Shown piece after piece: positions 37,947 through 48,860 of a stretch of 64,000 nucleotides of DNA. Within the stretch, counting starts at the first letter, position 1. Every line of letters begins with the position of its first letter. The stretch spans positions 22,942,001 through 23,006,000 of the forward strand of contig CM075987.1 in the NCBI GenBank assembly GCA_038087875.1, in the 5' to 3' direction. This DNA is from Malacoraja senta (lineage: Eukaryota). A program made the translations under genes and the position numbers. The notes under the pieces are model-generated. The model was given only the letters and a program-made list of their open reading frames with translations, searched no databases and was not told the DNA's origin.

Positions 37947-38158
37947 GTCCTTGTTCAGGGATTCAGCGATCTTCCTGTACTCCTGCAGGTAATCGGAATC
38001 CGATCCTCGAAGCCACATGAGGGCTTGGAGGGCTTCGTAATCGCGCTCTTTGGAGATTAAATAGCGAGGAGTCTCCGGCATGAAGCACATGACGATAATT
38101 AATACTGCCGGTATAATTGCCCCGACAGTAGCTAGCCAACGCCATGACAAGACCAAGT
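37947..38158 (-). CDS. SLC2A6: SLC2A6 exon 5
   Basis: 212 nt; LSWRWLA...FMPETPRYLISK...ALQALMWLRG. Confidence 0.94.
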
Positions 38159-38239
38159 CTGAAAAACAACAACAGATCTCAGGTCAGTTTTACACTTGAA
38201 TCTCTGATCTCCTTTCCCCATTACTAACACAAACTGCAG

Positions 38240-38572
38240 AGGGTTACATATTGCGCTTGGGCAGCTAACACCCCAGCGGTATGAATATTGACTCCTCTAA
38301 CTTCAAATAACTCTTGCTTTCCATCTCTCCCCCTTCCTAGATCGCCGACAGTCTTAACTGTCCCCGATTACATTTTATCTTTGTATGTGTCCTTATCACA
38401 ATCATCTATTCTACATCTTCCTCGATCTACATTGTCTTTGATGTCTATGTGTCTCCCTCTCCCCTGACTCTCAGTCTGACGAAGGGCCTCGACCTGAAAC
38501 GTCACCCATTCCTTCTCTCCAGAGATGCTGCTGCCTGCCCCGCTGTTACTCCAGCATTTATGTGTCTATCTT
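38240..38572 (+). mobile_element. Penelope-like element 3' end (ORF C-terminus, UTR, hammerhead motif)
   Basis: RLGS*HPSGMNIDSSNFK* followed by CTGACGA...GAAACGTC at about 38476. Confidence 0.7.
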
Positions 38573-39036
38573 GGGTTACAATTAAATAGTTTTTCACATG
38601 CTTTGCTCTTTGCTCCCAGTGTAGAACAACCCTTAGAACACTTTACTTTGCCTCAGGAAAGCAGCCACAAAATCAAGGACCCTTTACACACCAGTTATCC
38701 CCTCTTCTCCCCTCGCCATTTGGGCAGAATATACAAAAGCTTGAAAGCACATATCACCGCTTCCCTTTTATGTTCAGACTTCTGAAGGGAGCTCCCCAAA
38801 ACTGGGCTGTAATCCCCATCTCCCAGCCAACCTCATTGCAGTCGTCGCACTTTTAAAAAAAAAATCTGCACTTTCCCTGTAGCTGTAACACTATATTCTG
38901 CCTTCTGGTGCTTTTCTGTTGGCTGTGCCTGTTGCACTTGTGCGTGGCTTGATATACGGTATGATTTGGCTGGATAGCACACAAATATCTCGACGCATCT
39001 CAATACTAAGCAACACCAATGTGCAGAATTCCTCAC

Positions 39037-39136
39037 CCAGTGCGTAGAGCAGAAGTGATCCACAGACAAGCATGAACTGGGGAGTAGATCCCAGCCTCCC
39101 TCTCAGCTTGGCCACTGATTTCTCCGAAATATACAC
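39037..39136 (-). CDS. SLC2A6: SLC2A6 exon 4
   Basis: 100 nt; VYISEKSVAKLRGRLGSTPQFMLVCGSLLLYAL. Confidence 0.94.
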
Positions 39137-39169
39137 CTGGAGAAGAGGAACAGTACACTGAGCATGTGT

Positions 39170-39605
39170 AGGAAGCAACTGTGGATGCTGCTTTACACCG
39201 AAGACGGACACAAAGTGCTGGAGTAACTCAGCGGGTCAGGCAGCATCTCTGGAGAAAGGGAATAGGTGACGTTTCGGGTAGAGACCCTTCTTCAGATTGA
39301 GAGAGAAACTAGAGCTATTAAAAAGTACAGAACAGATAAGAGTCGGCACCAATGGCCCAGGAGCCCACAATGGTCCATTGTTCCCTGTGAAGGAGGTGAT
39401 AACAAAGAGATATGAACAGTGAAACTAGCAGGACAACTAGGTTGGGGGATGGACGGAGAGAGAGGGAATACAACGGGAACTGGAAATTAGAGAAATCAAT
39501 ATTCATACTGCTTCCTCCAATTTGCATTGGGCCACACTCTGACAGTGGAGGAGGCCCAGGACAGAAAAATCAGTATGAGAATGGGAAGGGGAATTGGCAA
39601 CCAGG
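39170..39605 (-). mobile_element. Penelope-like element 3' end
   Basis: MNIDFSNF C-terminal motif followed by hammerhead-like motif and the shared terminal repeat. Confidence 0.7.
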
Positions 39606-40995
39606 AGATCGCGTTCACTTAGCAACCTGGTGTCCAGCAGGGGTTAGTGGGAGCTGCCACCATTTTGGGTTGGAACCATCGGTGTCACAGGTGGGCAGCA
39701 TGTAGCATAGAGGGCAGGAGCCGCACAGCTCGTATAAACCCAGTTGCTCTGCAGATATTCCAAGTTATTGTTCTCAACATATCTGGTGTTCCCCATGGTT
39801 CAGTGACCTGAGATATAGTCTACTCGAGAGACCTGAAAGCAAAATCCAGGCTGGTAGACCAAATACAGTTCAGAGGGAACTATCTTTAATCGGACTTTAT
39901 CAGACTTTAATGTTATATCTTGCACTAAACATTCTACCCTTTATCCTTTAACTGTGCACTGTGGATGGCTTAATTGTATTCATGGGTGGTCTTCTTCACT
40001 GGATAGCACACAGTCAAAGGCTTTTCACTGCACCTTGGTGCACTAAGCTAAACCTATTGAGGGGTGGCATATACAGCAGACTGCACAAACAGTGGGGCAG
40101 TACTGAGGGAGTGCCACAGAGGGGCAGTACTGAGGGAGTGCCTCACTGATTTACCTCAGCTGGTAGAGCCTCTGCCTCACAGCACCAGAGACCTGGGTTC
40201 AATCCCGACCTCGGGTGCAGTCTGCGAGGAGTTTGCATGTTCTTCCAGTGACTGCACGGGTTTCCTCCCACATCCCCAATAGTGTAGGTCGGTCGGTTAA
40301 TTGCCACTAAAAACTGCCCCTGGTGTGCAGGCAAGTGGATATTGTTATAGCTACAGAGAAAGTGCAGATTAAAAAAGTGCGTGGACCTTAATGAGGTAGG
40401 TTGGGAGATGGGGATTACAGCCCAGTTTATGAGAGTTTCCTTCAGAAGTATGATGGGTAAGTAAATGCAGGTCTCGCTGAAAATGTTGGGAGCAAAATAA
40501 TGGGATGAATGGAGGATTCAATGTTTGGCATGGACTCAGTTCCATACAGGCCTGCTTCTATATCTCACTATGCATCTAACCTGGTATCTAACTCTGGAGA
40601 GATGGGCGGCATGATGATGCAGTGGTAGAGTTGCTGCCTCACAGCGCCAGATACCAGGTTCGATCCTGATTACGGGTGCTGTCTGAAGGGAGTTTGTACG
40701 TTCTCTCTGTGACCTGTGTGGGTTTTCTCTGAGATTTCCGATTTCCTCCCACACTCCAAAAGCGTACAGGTTTGTAAGTTAATTGTCTTGGTATAATTGT
40801 AAATTGTCCCTAGTGTGGGTAGGGTAGCGTTAGAGTGCGGGGATGGCTGGTCGGCGCGGACTTGTGGGCCAGGTTCCGCGCTGTATCTCTCAACTAAACT
40901 GTAAACTAAACCCTCTCAGGCTGGCCGCTCCCCAACATTGCACGAGATCGCAAGGCAAGCTTGGATCCATGTTTCTCAGGGATTTAGCGACTTAC

Positions 40996-41202
40996 CGGGA
41001 TAGAACTGGCAGACATTCCCCCTGCGAAACCGGTCAAGGCACGGCCCAGTTCAAGCATCCATCTTGTCTTGGCGCCGCCCATCAAGGCAAAGCCCAAAGC
41101 AGAGGGCATGGCAGACACCATAATGGTCAACTTGCGACCCAACAGGTCATTGAACAACATGGCGCTGAGTCCACCCAGGACGGCCCCCAGGTTGAAGACA
41201 GA
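40996..41202 (-). CDS. SLC2A6: SLC2A6 exon 3
   Basis: 207 nt; SVFNLGAVLGGLSAMLFNDLLGRKLTIM...GRALTGFAGGMSASSIP. Confidence 0.95.
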
Positions 41203-41504
41203 CTGTAAAACAAATAGACACAAGGAACTGCAGATGCTGGTTCATGAAAAAAGACACAAAATGCTGGAGTGGAAGAGGTTGAGCAGGCTGGGAATCCATT
41301 TCTTGGAGCGCAAGAAGATGAGGGGTGATCTTATAGAGGTGTACACAATCATGAGAGGAATAGATCGGGTAGATACACAGAGTCTCTTGCCCAGAGTAGG
41401 GGAATCGAGAACCAAAGTTTAAGGTGAGAGGGGAAAGATTTAATAGGAACCTGAGGGATAACCTTTTCACACAGAGGGAGGTGGGTGTACATTAATACAT
41501 AGAC

Positions 41505-42020
41505 ACATAGACAATAGGTGCAGGAGTAGGCCTTTCGGCCCTTCGAGCCAGCACCGCCATTCAATGTGATCATGGCTGATCATCCACAATCAGTACCCCG
41601 TTCCTGCCTTCTCCCCATATCCCTTGATTCCGCTAGCCCTAATAGCTCTATCTAACTCTCTTTTGAACGCATCCAGTGAATCGGCTTCCACTGCCTTCTG
41701 AGGCAGAGAATTCCACAGATTCCCAACTCTGTGTGAAAAAAGGGTTTTCATCTCAGTTCTAAATGGCCAATCCCTTATTCTTAAACTGTGGCCCGTGGCT
41801 CTGGACTCCCCCCAACAACGGGAACATGTTTCCTCCATCTAGCGTGTCCAATCCCTTAATAATTTTATATGTTTCTATAAGATCCTCTCTCATCCTACAT
41901 CCAAATGAATACAAGCCCAGTCGCTCCATTCTTTCATCATATGACAGTCCCGCCATCCCAGGAATTAACCTGGTGAACCTACGCTGCACTCCCTCAATAG
42001 CAAGAATGCCCTTCCTCAAT
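41505..42020 (-). mobile_element. CR1-clade LINE 3' fragment
   Basis: ILAIEGVQRRFTRLIPGMAGLSYDERMERLGLYS. Confidence 0.9.
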
Positions 42021-42521
42021 GGAATGAGCTGCCGGAGGAGGTAGTTGAGGCATTGTTCCGATCCGTCCCGACGCCGGAGTTTCGATCATCCCGACGAGAG
42101 GGCTTGAAGAGCAGACTGTCGGCAACGGCCCCGTTCAAAGGCCCCGACCACGGGTGAACAAAGGAGGAAGATGACTGAACTTTATTGCCTTCCATCACAG
42201 TGAGGAATGTTGATTCCACTGTGGTGGAAGTTTATGTTAAACTTTATTTTCTGTGCTGTGTGTATTTTTGCTTTTTTACTTAGTATGGCTGTATGGTAAC
42301 TCAAATTTCACTGTACCTTAATTGGTACATGTGACAATTAAATGGAATCTTCAATCTTGAGTAAATCTTCCTCAACTCTGTCCCAATGATAATTCCCATG
42401 GCAATTATAGCCTGGGCTGGGCACAGATGAATGATCTTCTGCCTTGTCCCATCAACCATCCCCACGATGCAGGGTGAATATGATATATCATCATTATATA
42501 ATAATCATCAAAAGTGCCTAC

Positions 42522-42684
42522 CTCAAACCATGCTCCAGAACGGTCATTAAGTTGGAGGTCAGGGTCTAGAGAGTGTTCCAGTTCTGGGACCACAGGCGAA
42601 GTGTACACCAAGGCATAACCAAAGCTTAGGTTTCCCAGCACAGCGGTGAAGACGGCCAGGATCATCCATCTGTTATTCACCGGC
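42522..42684 (-). CDS. SLC2A6: SLC2A6 exon 2
   Basis: 163 nt; AVLGNLSFGYALVYTSPVVPELEHSLDPDLQL closely resembles human AVLGNFSFGYALVYTSPVIPALERSLDPDLHL. Confidence 0.94.
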
Positions 42685-42755
42685 CTCCAATCAAAATGTG
42701 GATTGGCCTCTCAGTCAGCTAGACCCTCGAGCCTTCGCACTCCAGTCCAGGGTCA

Positions 42756-42787
42756 GTCTGAAGAAGGGTCTCGACCCGAAACGTCAC
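42756..42787 (+). ncRNA. Putative minimal type I hammerhead ribozyme within Penelope-derived repeat
   Basis: GT-CTGAAGA-A-GGGTC-TC-GACCC-GAAA-C-GTC-AC: CUGANGA and GAAA cores, helix II, palindromic ACGT, GUC cleavage triplet. Confidence 0.65.
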
Positions 42788-43899
42788 CCATTCTTTCTCT
42801 CCACAGATGCTGCCCGTCCCGCTGAGTTACTCCAGCATTTTTGTGTCCATCCAGGATTTACACCGCCCTCTCCCTCGTTTATGGAGACACAAGGAACTGC
42901 AGATGCTGGAATTCTGCGTTAAAACTCAAAAGTGCTGGAGGAACTCAGCGGGGCAGACAGCGATGGTCAGGCAACGTTTCGGGTCGGGACCTTAGATCTA
43001 CTGTGTTGAGGCCAGGCACCAGCTCTCAGACACCTCCTCATATCTACCCCTCCTCCTTTGTTATGGTTGCTCATCTTTTACTCATGTGCGTCCAAGTCCA
43101 TTGTTTCAGCCACTCCCCATGGCCGTGAGTTTGTTTCTCATCACTATCCAGTAAAAACATTTCTCCTTCACTCCCTGGTAGAATATTGATGACTATCATC
43201 TATTCACTGCCTCTTGTATTACATTCCCACAATGTTTCTACATCTACCCTGTTGACATTTTTAATGACCATGACGATCTCCACTAGATGATTCAGTGGCC
43301 TTTTATTGAGGAAGCGTGCTCATTATCTGCATTCCTTTCTAATCTCTCAGTTCCTGTCACAATTGCACAAGTATTTTTTAAATACAGCTTCTCAAAAGCC
43401 TCCCCAATCCGTTTTTAATATCAAAACTAGAACTGTGCACATGGTTAACGTCTCTGCTCTTCAATGTGACTTTTCTCGATATAGACCCAATGGTTTAGGT
43501 GTGTGGTTGAAGGGTTTATTTAACTTAGTTATTACTTTCAGCAACTTGGGAATCTGTGCCCCGCGATCCTCTTCCCCATTTGCACAGAGCTCTTGAGTTA
43601 TGTGTGGTGTCCCTGTTCCTGCTGCTGTAGACATCACCTCACCCTCACTTGCACTGCACACCATAACCATGTGAACATTTCATTATTGCCTATCTTCCTT
43701 CACCGTAGAACATAGAAGAGTAGAGCACAGGAACAGGCCCTTTGACCCAAACGTGTGCGCTGAACTTGATCCCAGGTTAACCTAATCTCCCCACCCTCAC
43801 GTGATCCGTATCCCTCCCTTCTCTGCATATCCATGTGCCTATCCAAGAATGCCACCATCGTATCTGCCTCCCTCACCACCTGAAGTAGGATGTTCCAGG

Positions 43900-44284
43900 C
43901 AAAGATCCTAGATAGTCCACTCGACGAAAAAGACGTAGTACGGCCATGGGCAGATTCATGGGTAAATTAGGGCCCCATTTCCGTAACCGGCTTCCGTCTC
44001 CGCACCAAAGATCCCATAGGATACTAGTGCGGAGACGGAAGCCGGTTACGGAAACATCCTCGTAAAAATAAAAGTTATTTGGGAAAAATCTTCTCCTCAT
44101 TTTCAGAACTTTAATTTATTGACACAAACTGATCCCCCCCAACGTTGATTACACTGCGGGTCGGGTCGGGTCGGGTTACGGAAATGGATGAAAAAAAGGC
44201 CCACGTTCCGTTCCGTTGCGTACTACACGTCAGCCCATTGCATTTAGCAGGAGTGGTCTATCTTGCTCCGCTATAGGATCTTTG
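43900..44284. mobile_element. Non-autonomous hAT element, 385 bp, same TIR family as the 36-bp element
   Basis: TIR CAAAGATCCTA / TAGGATCTTTG; 8-bp TSD GTTCCAGG at 43892-43899 and 44285-44292. Confidence 0.88.
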
Positions 44285-44399
44285 GTTCCAGGTATTCACT
44301 ACTCTCTGTGTAAAAAAACATGCCCCCTTCATCTCCTTCAAATTTTGCACCTCTCACCTTAAGGATATGCCACCTAGTCTTTGACATTTATTACATTCT

Positions 44400-44930
44400 G
44401 GCAAGCAAGTTCTGACTGTCTACCCTATCTTTGTCTCATAATTTTATGTTCCGTACTTCTATCGGGTCTCTCTTCAGCTTCCAGAGAAAACAATCTAAGT
44501 TTGTACAATTTGACCTTACAGCTAATGCTCTCTAAACCAGGCAGCGTTCTGGTAAACATCTGCACTCTCTCCAAAGCCTCCACACCATTCCCATGATGAA
44601 GTGACCAGAACGGCACACATTACCTCAAACATGACCTAACCAAAGTCTTATAAGGCTGCAACATGAATTCCTGGCTGGTATACTCGATACCTGACCGATG
44701 AAGGCAAGCATGTCCCATTGTATAATTTAATAACCTTCCTCGCAGTCCACAACGCCATCAATTTCCGTGTCGTCAGCAAACTCACTAACCAACCTGCCTA
44801 CATTTACTTCCAAGTCATTTATATATATCACAAACAGCAGAGGTCCCAGCACAGATCCCTGCGGAAGTCCACTGGTCACAGGCCACCAGCCAGAACAACA
44901 CCCTTCCGCCACAACCTTCTGCCTTCGACA
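44400..44930 (-). mobile_element. CR1 reverse transcriptase fragment
   Basis: [21 protein letters not shown]...FADDT. Confidence 0.88.
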
Positions 44931-45644
44931 ATCGTATCTTATTTATTAATTATCATATTTTTAAATTATGTGAACCGAAAAAAAAAGAAAATGCAGCTTT
45001 CAACTGTGCCTCTATGCCATACATCTTTACAACTTACATACAAGGAGTAACTTACCCTTGGAGCCTACGCCAGCTATTATCTCAAAATGTTTTATAGTCA
45101 ATTAATTATTTTGGAACACAGCGATCAAACTTTCATACAGCAAAATCCCAACAATGTTCTGGTGCTGGCCTGAGCCATTTCTTCTCCCCACAGATACAAT
45201 ACGATATGATAGAACTTTATTTATCTCAGAAGGGAAATTGATCTGCCAACAGTCATAAAAGCACAAAATGCTGCCAGGTCAGTTGTTTCCTGCATTTTCT
45301 GTTTATAATTCAGATTTTCAGCATCAGTAATCCTTTACTCCAATATCTACCATAAGTGAGTCAATATTGATTTTTATCTGGTGCTGCTTATGTAAAAGTA
45401 CTCTAGGACATTTTACACTGATCCAAGATGGTGTCCAAACCCAGGCGACTCTTTGTGTGCTGGTCACAGAAGTAAATCTGCAATCACCCATTACAATCAC
45501 TCCACTCTCTTAAATCCACCCGTACACTGTGGACGGCTCGATTGTAATGATGTGTTGTCTTTCCGCCGACTGGTTAGCACGCCACAAAAGTGTTTCACTG
45601 TACCGCGGTACACGTGACAATAAACTAAACTCAACGCGACTCAA

Positions 45645-46005
45645 TAGACAATAAGCAATAGACCATAGGTGTAGGAGTAGGCCATTTGGCCCTTTGAGCC
45701 AGCACCGCCATTCAATGTGATCATGGCTGATCATCCCCAATCAGTACCCCGTTCCTGCCTTCTCCCCATACCCCCTGACTCCGCTATCTTTAAGAGCCCT
45801 ATCTAGCTCTCTCTTGAAAGCATCCAGAGAACCTGCCTCCACCACCCTCTGAGGCAGAGAATTCCACAGACTCACCACTCTCTGTGAGAAGAAGTGTTTC
45901 CTCGTCTCCGTTTTAAATGGCTTACTCCTTATTCTTAAACTGTGGCCCCTGGTTCTGGACTCCCCCAACATCGGGAACATGTTTCCTGCCTCTAGCGTGT
46001 CCAAC
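45645..46005 (-). mobile_element. CR1-clade LINE 3' fragment
   Basis: Near-identical to 6170-6565. Confidence 0.88.
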
Positions 46006-46272
46006 TCAACATCAAAAGCGCAAAACAAAAAACTTTCTTGATATACCTTGATATACAGTATACCTTCAGTCTGAAGTAGGGTCTCGGCCTGAAACGTTAC
46101 CCATTCCTTCTCTCCAGAGATGCAGCCTGTCCCGCTGTTACTCCAGCATTTTGTGTCTAACTTTCTTGATATATCTAGTTTTTTTGAAAGCATTACATTT
46201 ATGAGGTACTTTAAAAAAAATTCAGTCGTTCCTAATTTCATCTGATTTTGAAAGGCTGTTTCTAGTTCTTAC

Positions 46273-46358
46273 CTTGCCTGAGGCTCCTGCTGCTTTATAA
46301 GACCACTGAAGGTGTTATACTGTTGACCATTAGCATCATTGATCAATGTGTTCCTCAT
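46273..46358 (-). CDS. SLC2A6: SLC2A6 exon 1 coding part (below ORF-track threshold)
   Basis: ATG...GCA AG|gtaaga, phase 2 matching exon 2; MRNTLINDANGQQYNTFSG aligns with human MQEPLLGAEGPDYDTF; spliced CDS totals 1536 nt (511 aa). Confidence 0.8.
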
Positions 46359-46574
46359 GATAGGACAGAGTGAGGTTCCTCTTGATCCAGCATTGGACTT
46401 TTATTCCCTCATCATCTCTTTACAGAAGTCCCCTCTGCAGAATTTCGCCACTTGTGGAAGTGAGTCATCTTGAAGAGCTGCTGTAGAATTCACTGCCCGG
46501 AATTTTCTTGTCACCGGGTCACCAGGAATTTCAAGTAGATGTTAGCCAATACTGGGAGGAACAAAAATAGAAAG

Positions 46575-47310
46575 TGAAACATAGAAAATAGGTGCAGGAG
46601 GAGGCCATTTGGCCCTTCGAGCCTGCACCGCCATTCATTGTGATTATGGCTGATTGTCCACCTGCCTTCCTTCACGTGACTGCCTTCTCCCCATATCCCT
46701 TGATTCCGCTAGCCCCTAGAGCTCCATCTAACTCTCTTTTAAATTCATCCAGTGAATTGGCCTCTACTGCCTTCTGTGGCAGAGAATTCTACAATTTCAC
46801 AACTCTCTGGGTGAAAACGTTTTTTCTCATCTCAGTTTTAAATGGCATCAACTTTATTCTTAGACTGTGGCCCCTGGTTCTGGACGCCCTCAACATTGGG
46901 GTGAAAAAATTCTGCATCTAGCTTATCCAGTCCTTTTATAATTTTATACGTTTCTATAAGGTCCCCTCTCGTCCTTCTAAATTCCAGTGAATACAAGCCC
47001 AGTCTTTCCAATCTCTTCTCATATGATAGTCCTGCCATCCCAGGGATTAACCTTGTGAACCTACGCTGCACTGCCTCAATAGCAAGGATGTCCTTCCTCA
47101 AATTAGGAGACCAAAACTGCACACAATACTCCAGATGTGGTCTCACCAGGGCCCTGTACAACTGCAGAAGGACATCTTTACTCCTATACTCAAATCCTCT
47201 CGCAATGAAGGCCAACGTGCCATTAGCTTTCTCCACTGCCTGCTGTACCTGCATGTTTACTTTCAGTGACTGGTGTACAAGGACACCCAGATCTTGTTGC
47301 ACTTCCCAGA
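46575..47310 (-). mobile_element. CR1-clade LINE 3' fragment
   Basis: QDLGVLVHQSLKVNMQVQQAV...LYRALVRPHLEYCVQFWSP. Confidence 0.92.
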
Positions 47311-48669
47311 GAACCTCCCAGGGAATTAATAGAAGCAACATGGGATGTTGTAGGTGGGAATTGGTCAACTTGAAGAATCAACGATCTATACTGTGCAGTA
47401 AAAATAGTTTCAAGCCATTGAGCCGTTGATGAACCTGGCAGAAAATTACATCCTCCCTTGCTCTCCTCCGCTACATGAGACCCTCCACTTTATACTGATG
47501 CTAACAAGGGAAAAGTCCGATGTGTAGAGAAGCCTCGTATAGTGAGATAGTTCCCGTGGGTCAGGTGAGTACAGGAAAAGTCACAGTAGGTACTCAAGTG
47601 ATCCATCATTTACTGACTACAAGAACTGGAGAGGGGGAGTCACTGACCCTCCAACACATGCGGCAGCAGTTTCCTCACGACATCCACGGGCGAGGACACA
47701 CTTCTTAGCACGTTCAGAGTCACAAGCCAGTGTCCAGCAGCCGGGCCCAGTCACACCACAAGCATGCCCCAGTGAACTGGAAGATCATCTTCCATGGAAG
47801 GGTGTTGTGGAGAGGATGTTTCCACCAGAGTCTAGGACCAGAGTGCACAGCCTCAGACTAAAAGGACACACCTTTAGAAAGGAGATGAGGATTTAGTCTG
47901 GTGACGGTGAATCTGGGGAATTCATTGCCACAGACGGCTGTGGGGGTCAAGACATTGGCTATTGTATCGTTGACCCTGTGTTAACCTACATATGACAAAT
48001 AAAACTGAACTGAATTGAACTGACTAATCGGAGATGGACAGATTCTTGAATAGTAATGGTGTCAGAGGTTATCGTTAGAAAGCAGGAAAATGGGGTTGAG
48101 AAACAAGGCACCGCAGATACTGTTTTTTTATGTTGGAAGGAGAATAGGATGGAGTCATAAGGTCATACGTGATAGGAGTAGAATTAGGCCATTTGGCACA
48201 TCAAGTCTACTCCACCATTCAATCATGGCTGATCTATCTTTCCTTCCTAACCCCATTCTCCTGCCTTCTCCCCATAACTTCTGACACCCTTACTATCTAT
48301 CTATCTCTGCCTTAAAAATATCCACTGACTTGGCCTCTACAGCCTTCTGTGGCAAAGAATTCCACACATTCACCAACCTCTGACTAGAGAAATTTCTCCT
48401 CATCTCCTTCCTAAAAGAACGTCCTTTAATTCTGAGGCTGTGACCTCTAGTCCTAGACTCTCCCACTAGTGGAAGAATCCTCTCCACATCCCCTCGATCC
48501 AAGCCTTTCACCATTCTGTGTTTCAATGAGGTCCCCCCTCATTCTTCTAAACTCCAGCGAGTACAGGCCAGTGCCGACAAACGCTCATCATAGGTTAACC
48601 TACTCATTCCGTTATAAACATTATAGAAACTCCTGACACACACATGTTCTAGGAATGCAAACACATATA

Positions 48670-48860
48670 TGTCAAGTATGTAGAGGTGAGTTCAGCAGGT
48701 AATAAACAATGGGACTGTCGTAGTTTGTGGATTTTGGGGAGGAGATAGAGTCGGGCAGTGCGGTACTGGGGAAGGATAAGGTTGGAAGCTGTGGAAGGCA
48801 GATCGCCAGAGGTGATGACATTTTTTGTGGGAAGGGACTGGACAAAGAGGAATAGGATGG
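48670..48860 (-). mobile_element. Penelope-like RT fragment
   Basis: ITSGDLPSTASNLILPQYRTARLYLLPKIHK (LPKIHK is a Penelope RT motif). Confidence 0.75.

Noticed and set aside
43530..43670. Minus-strand ORF in SLC2A6 intron 1 as a candidate exon
   Set aside because: Donor is weak and phase 0; no similarity to GLUT6.
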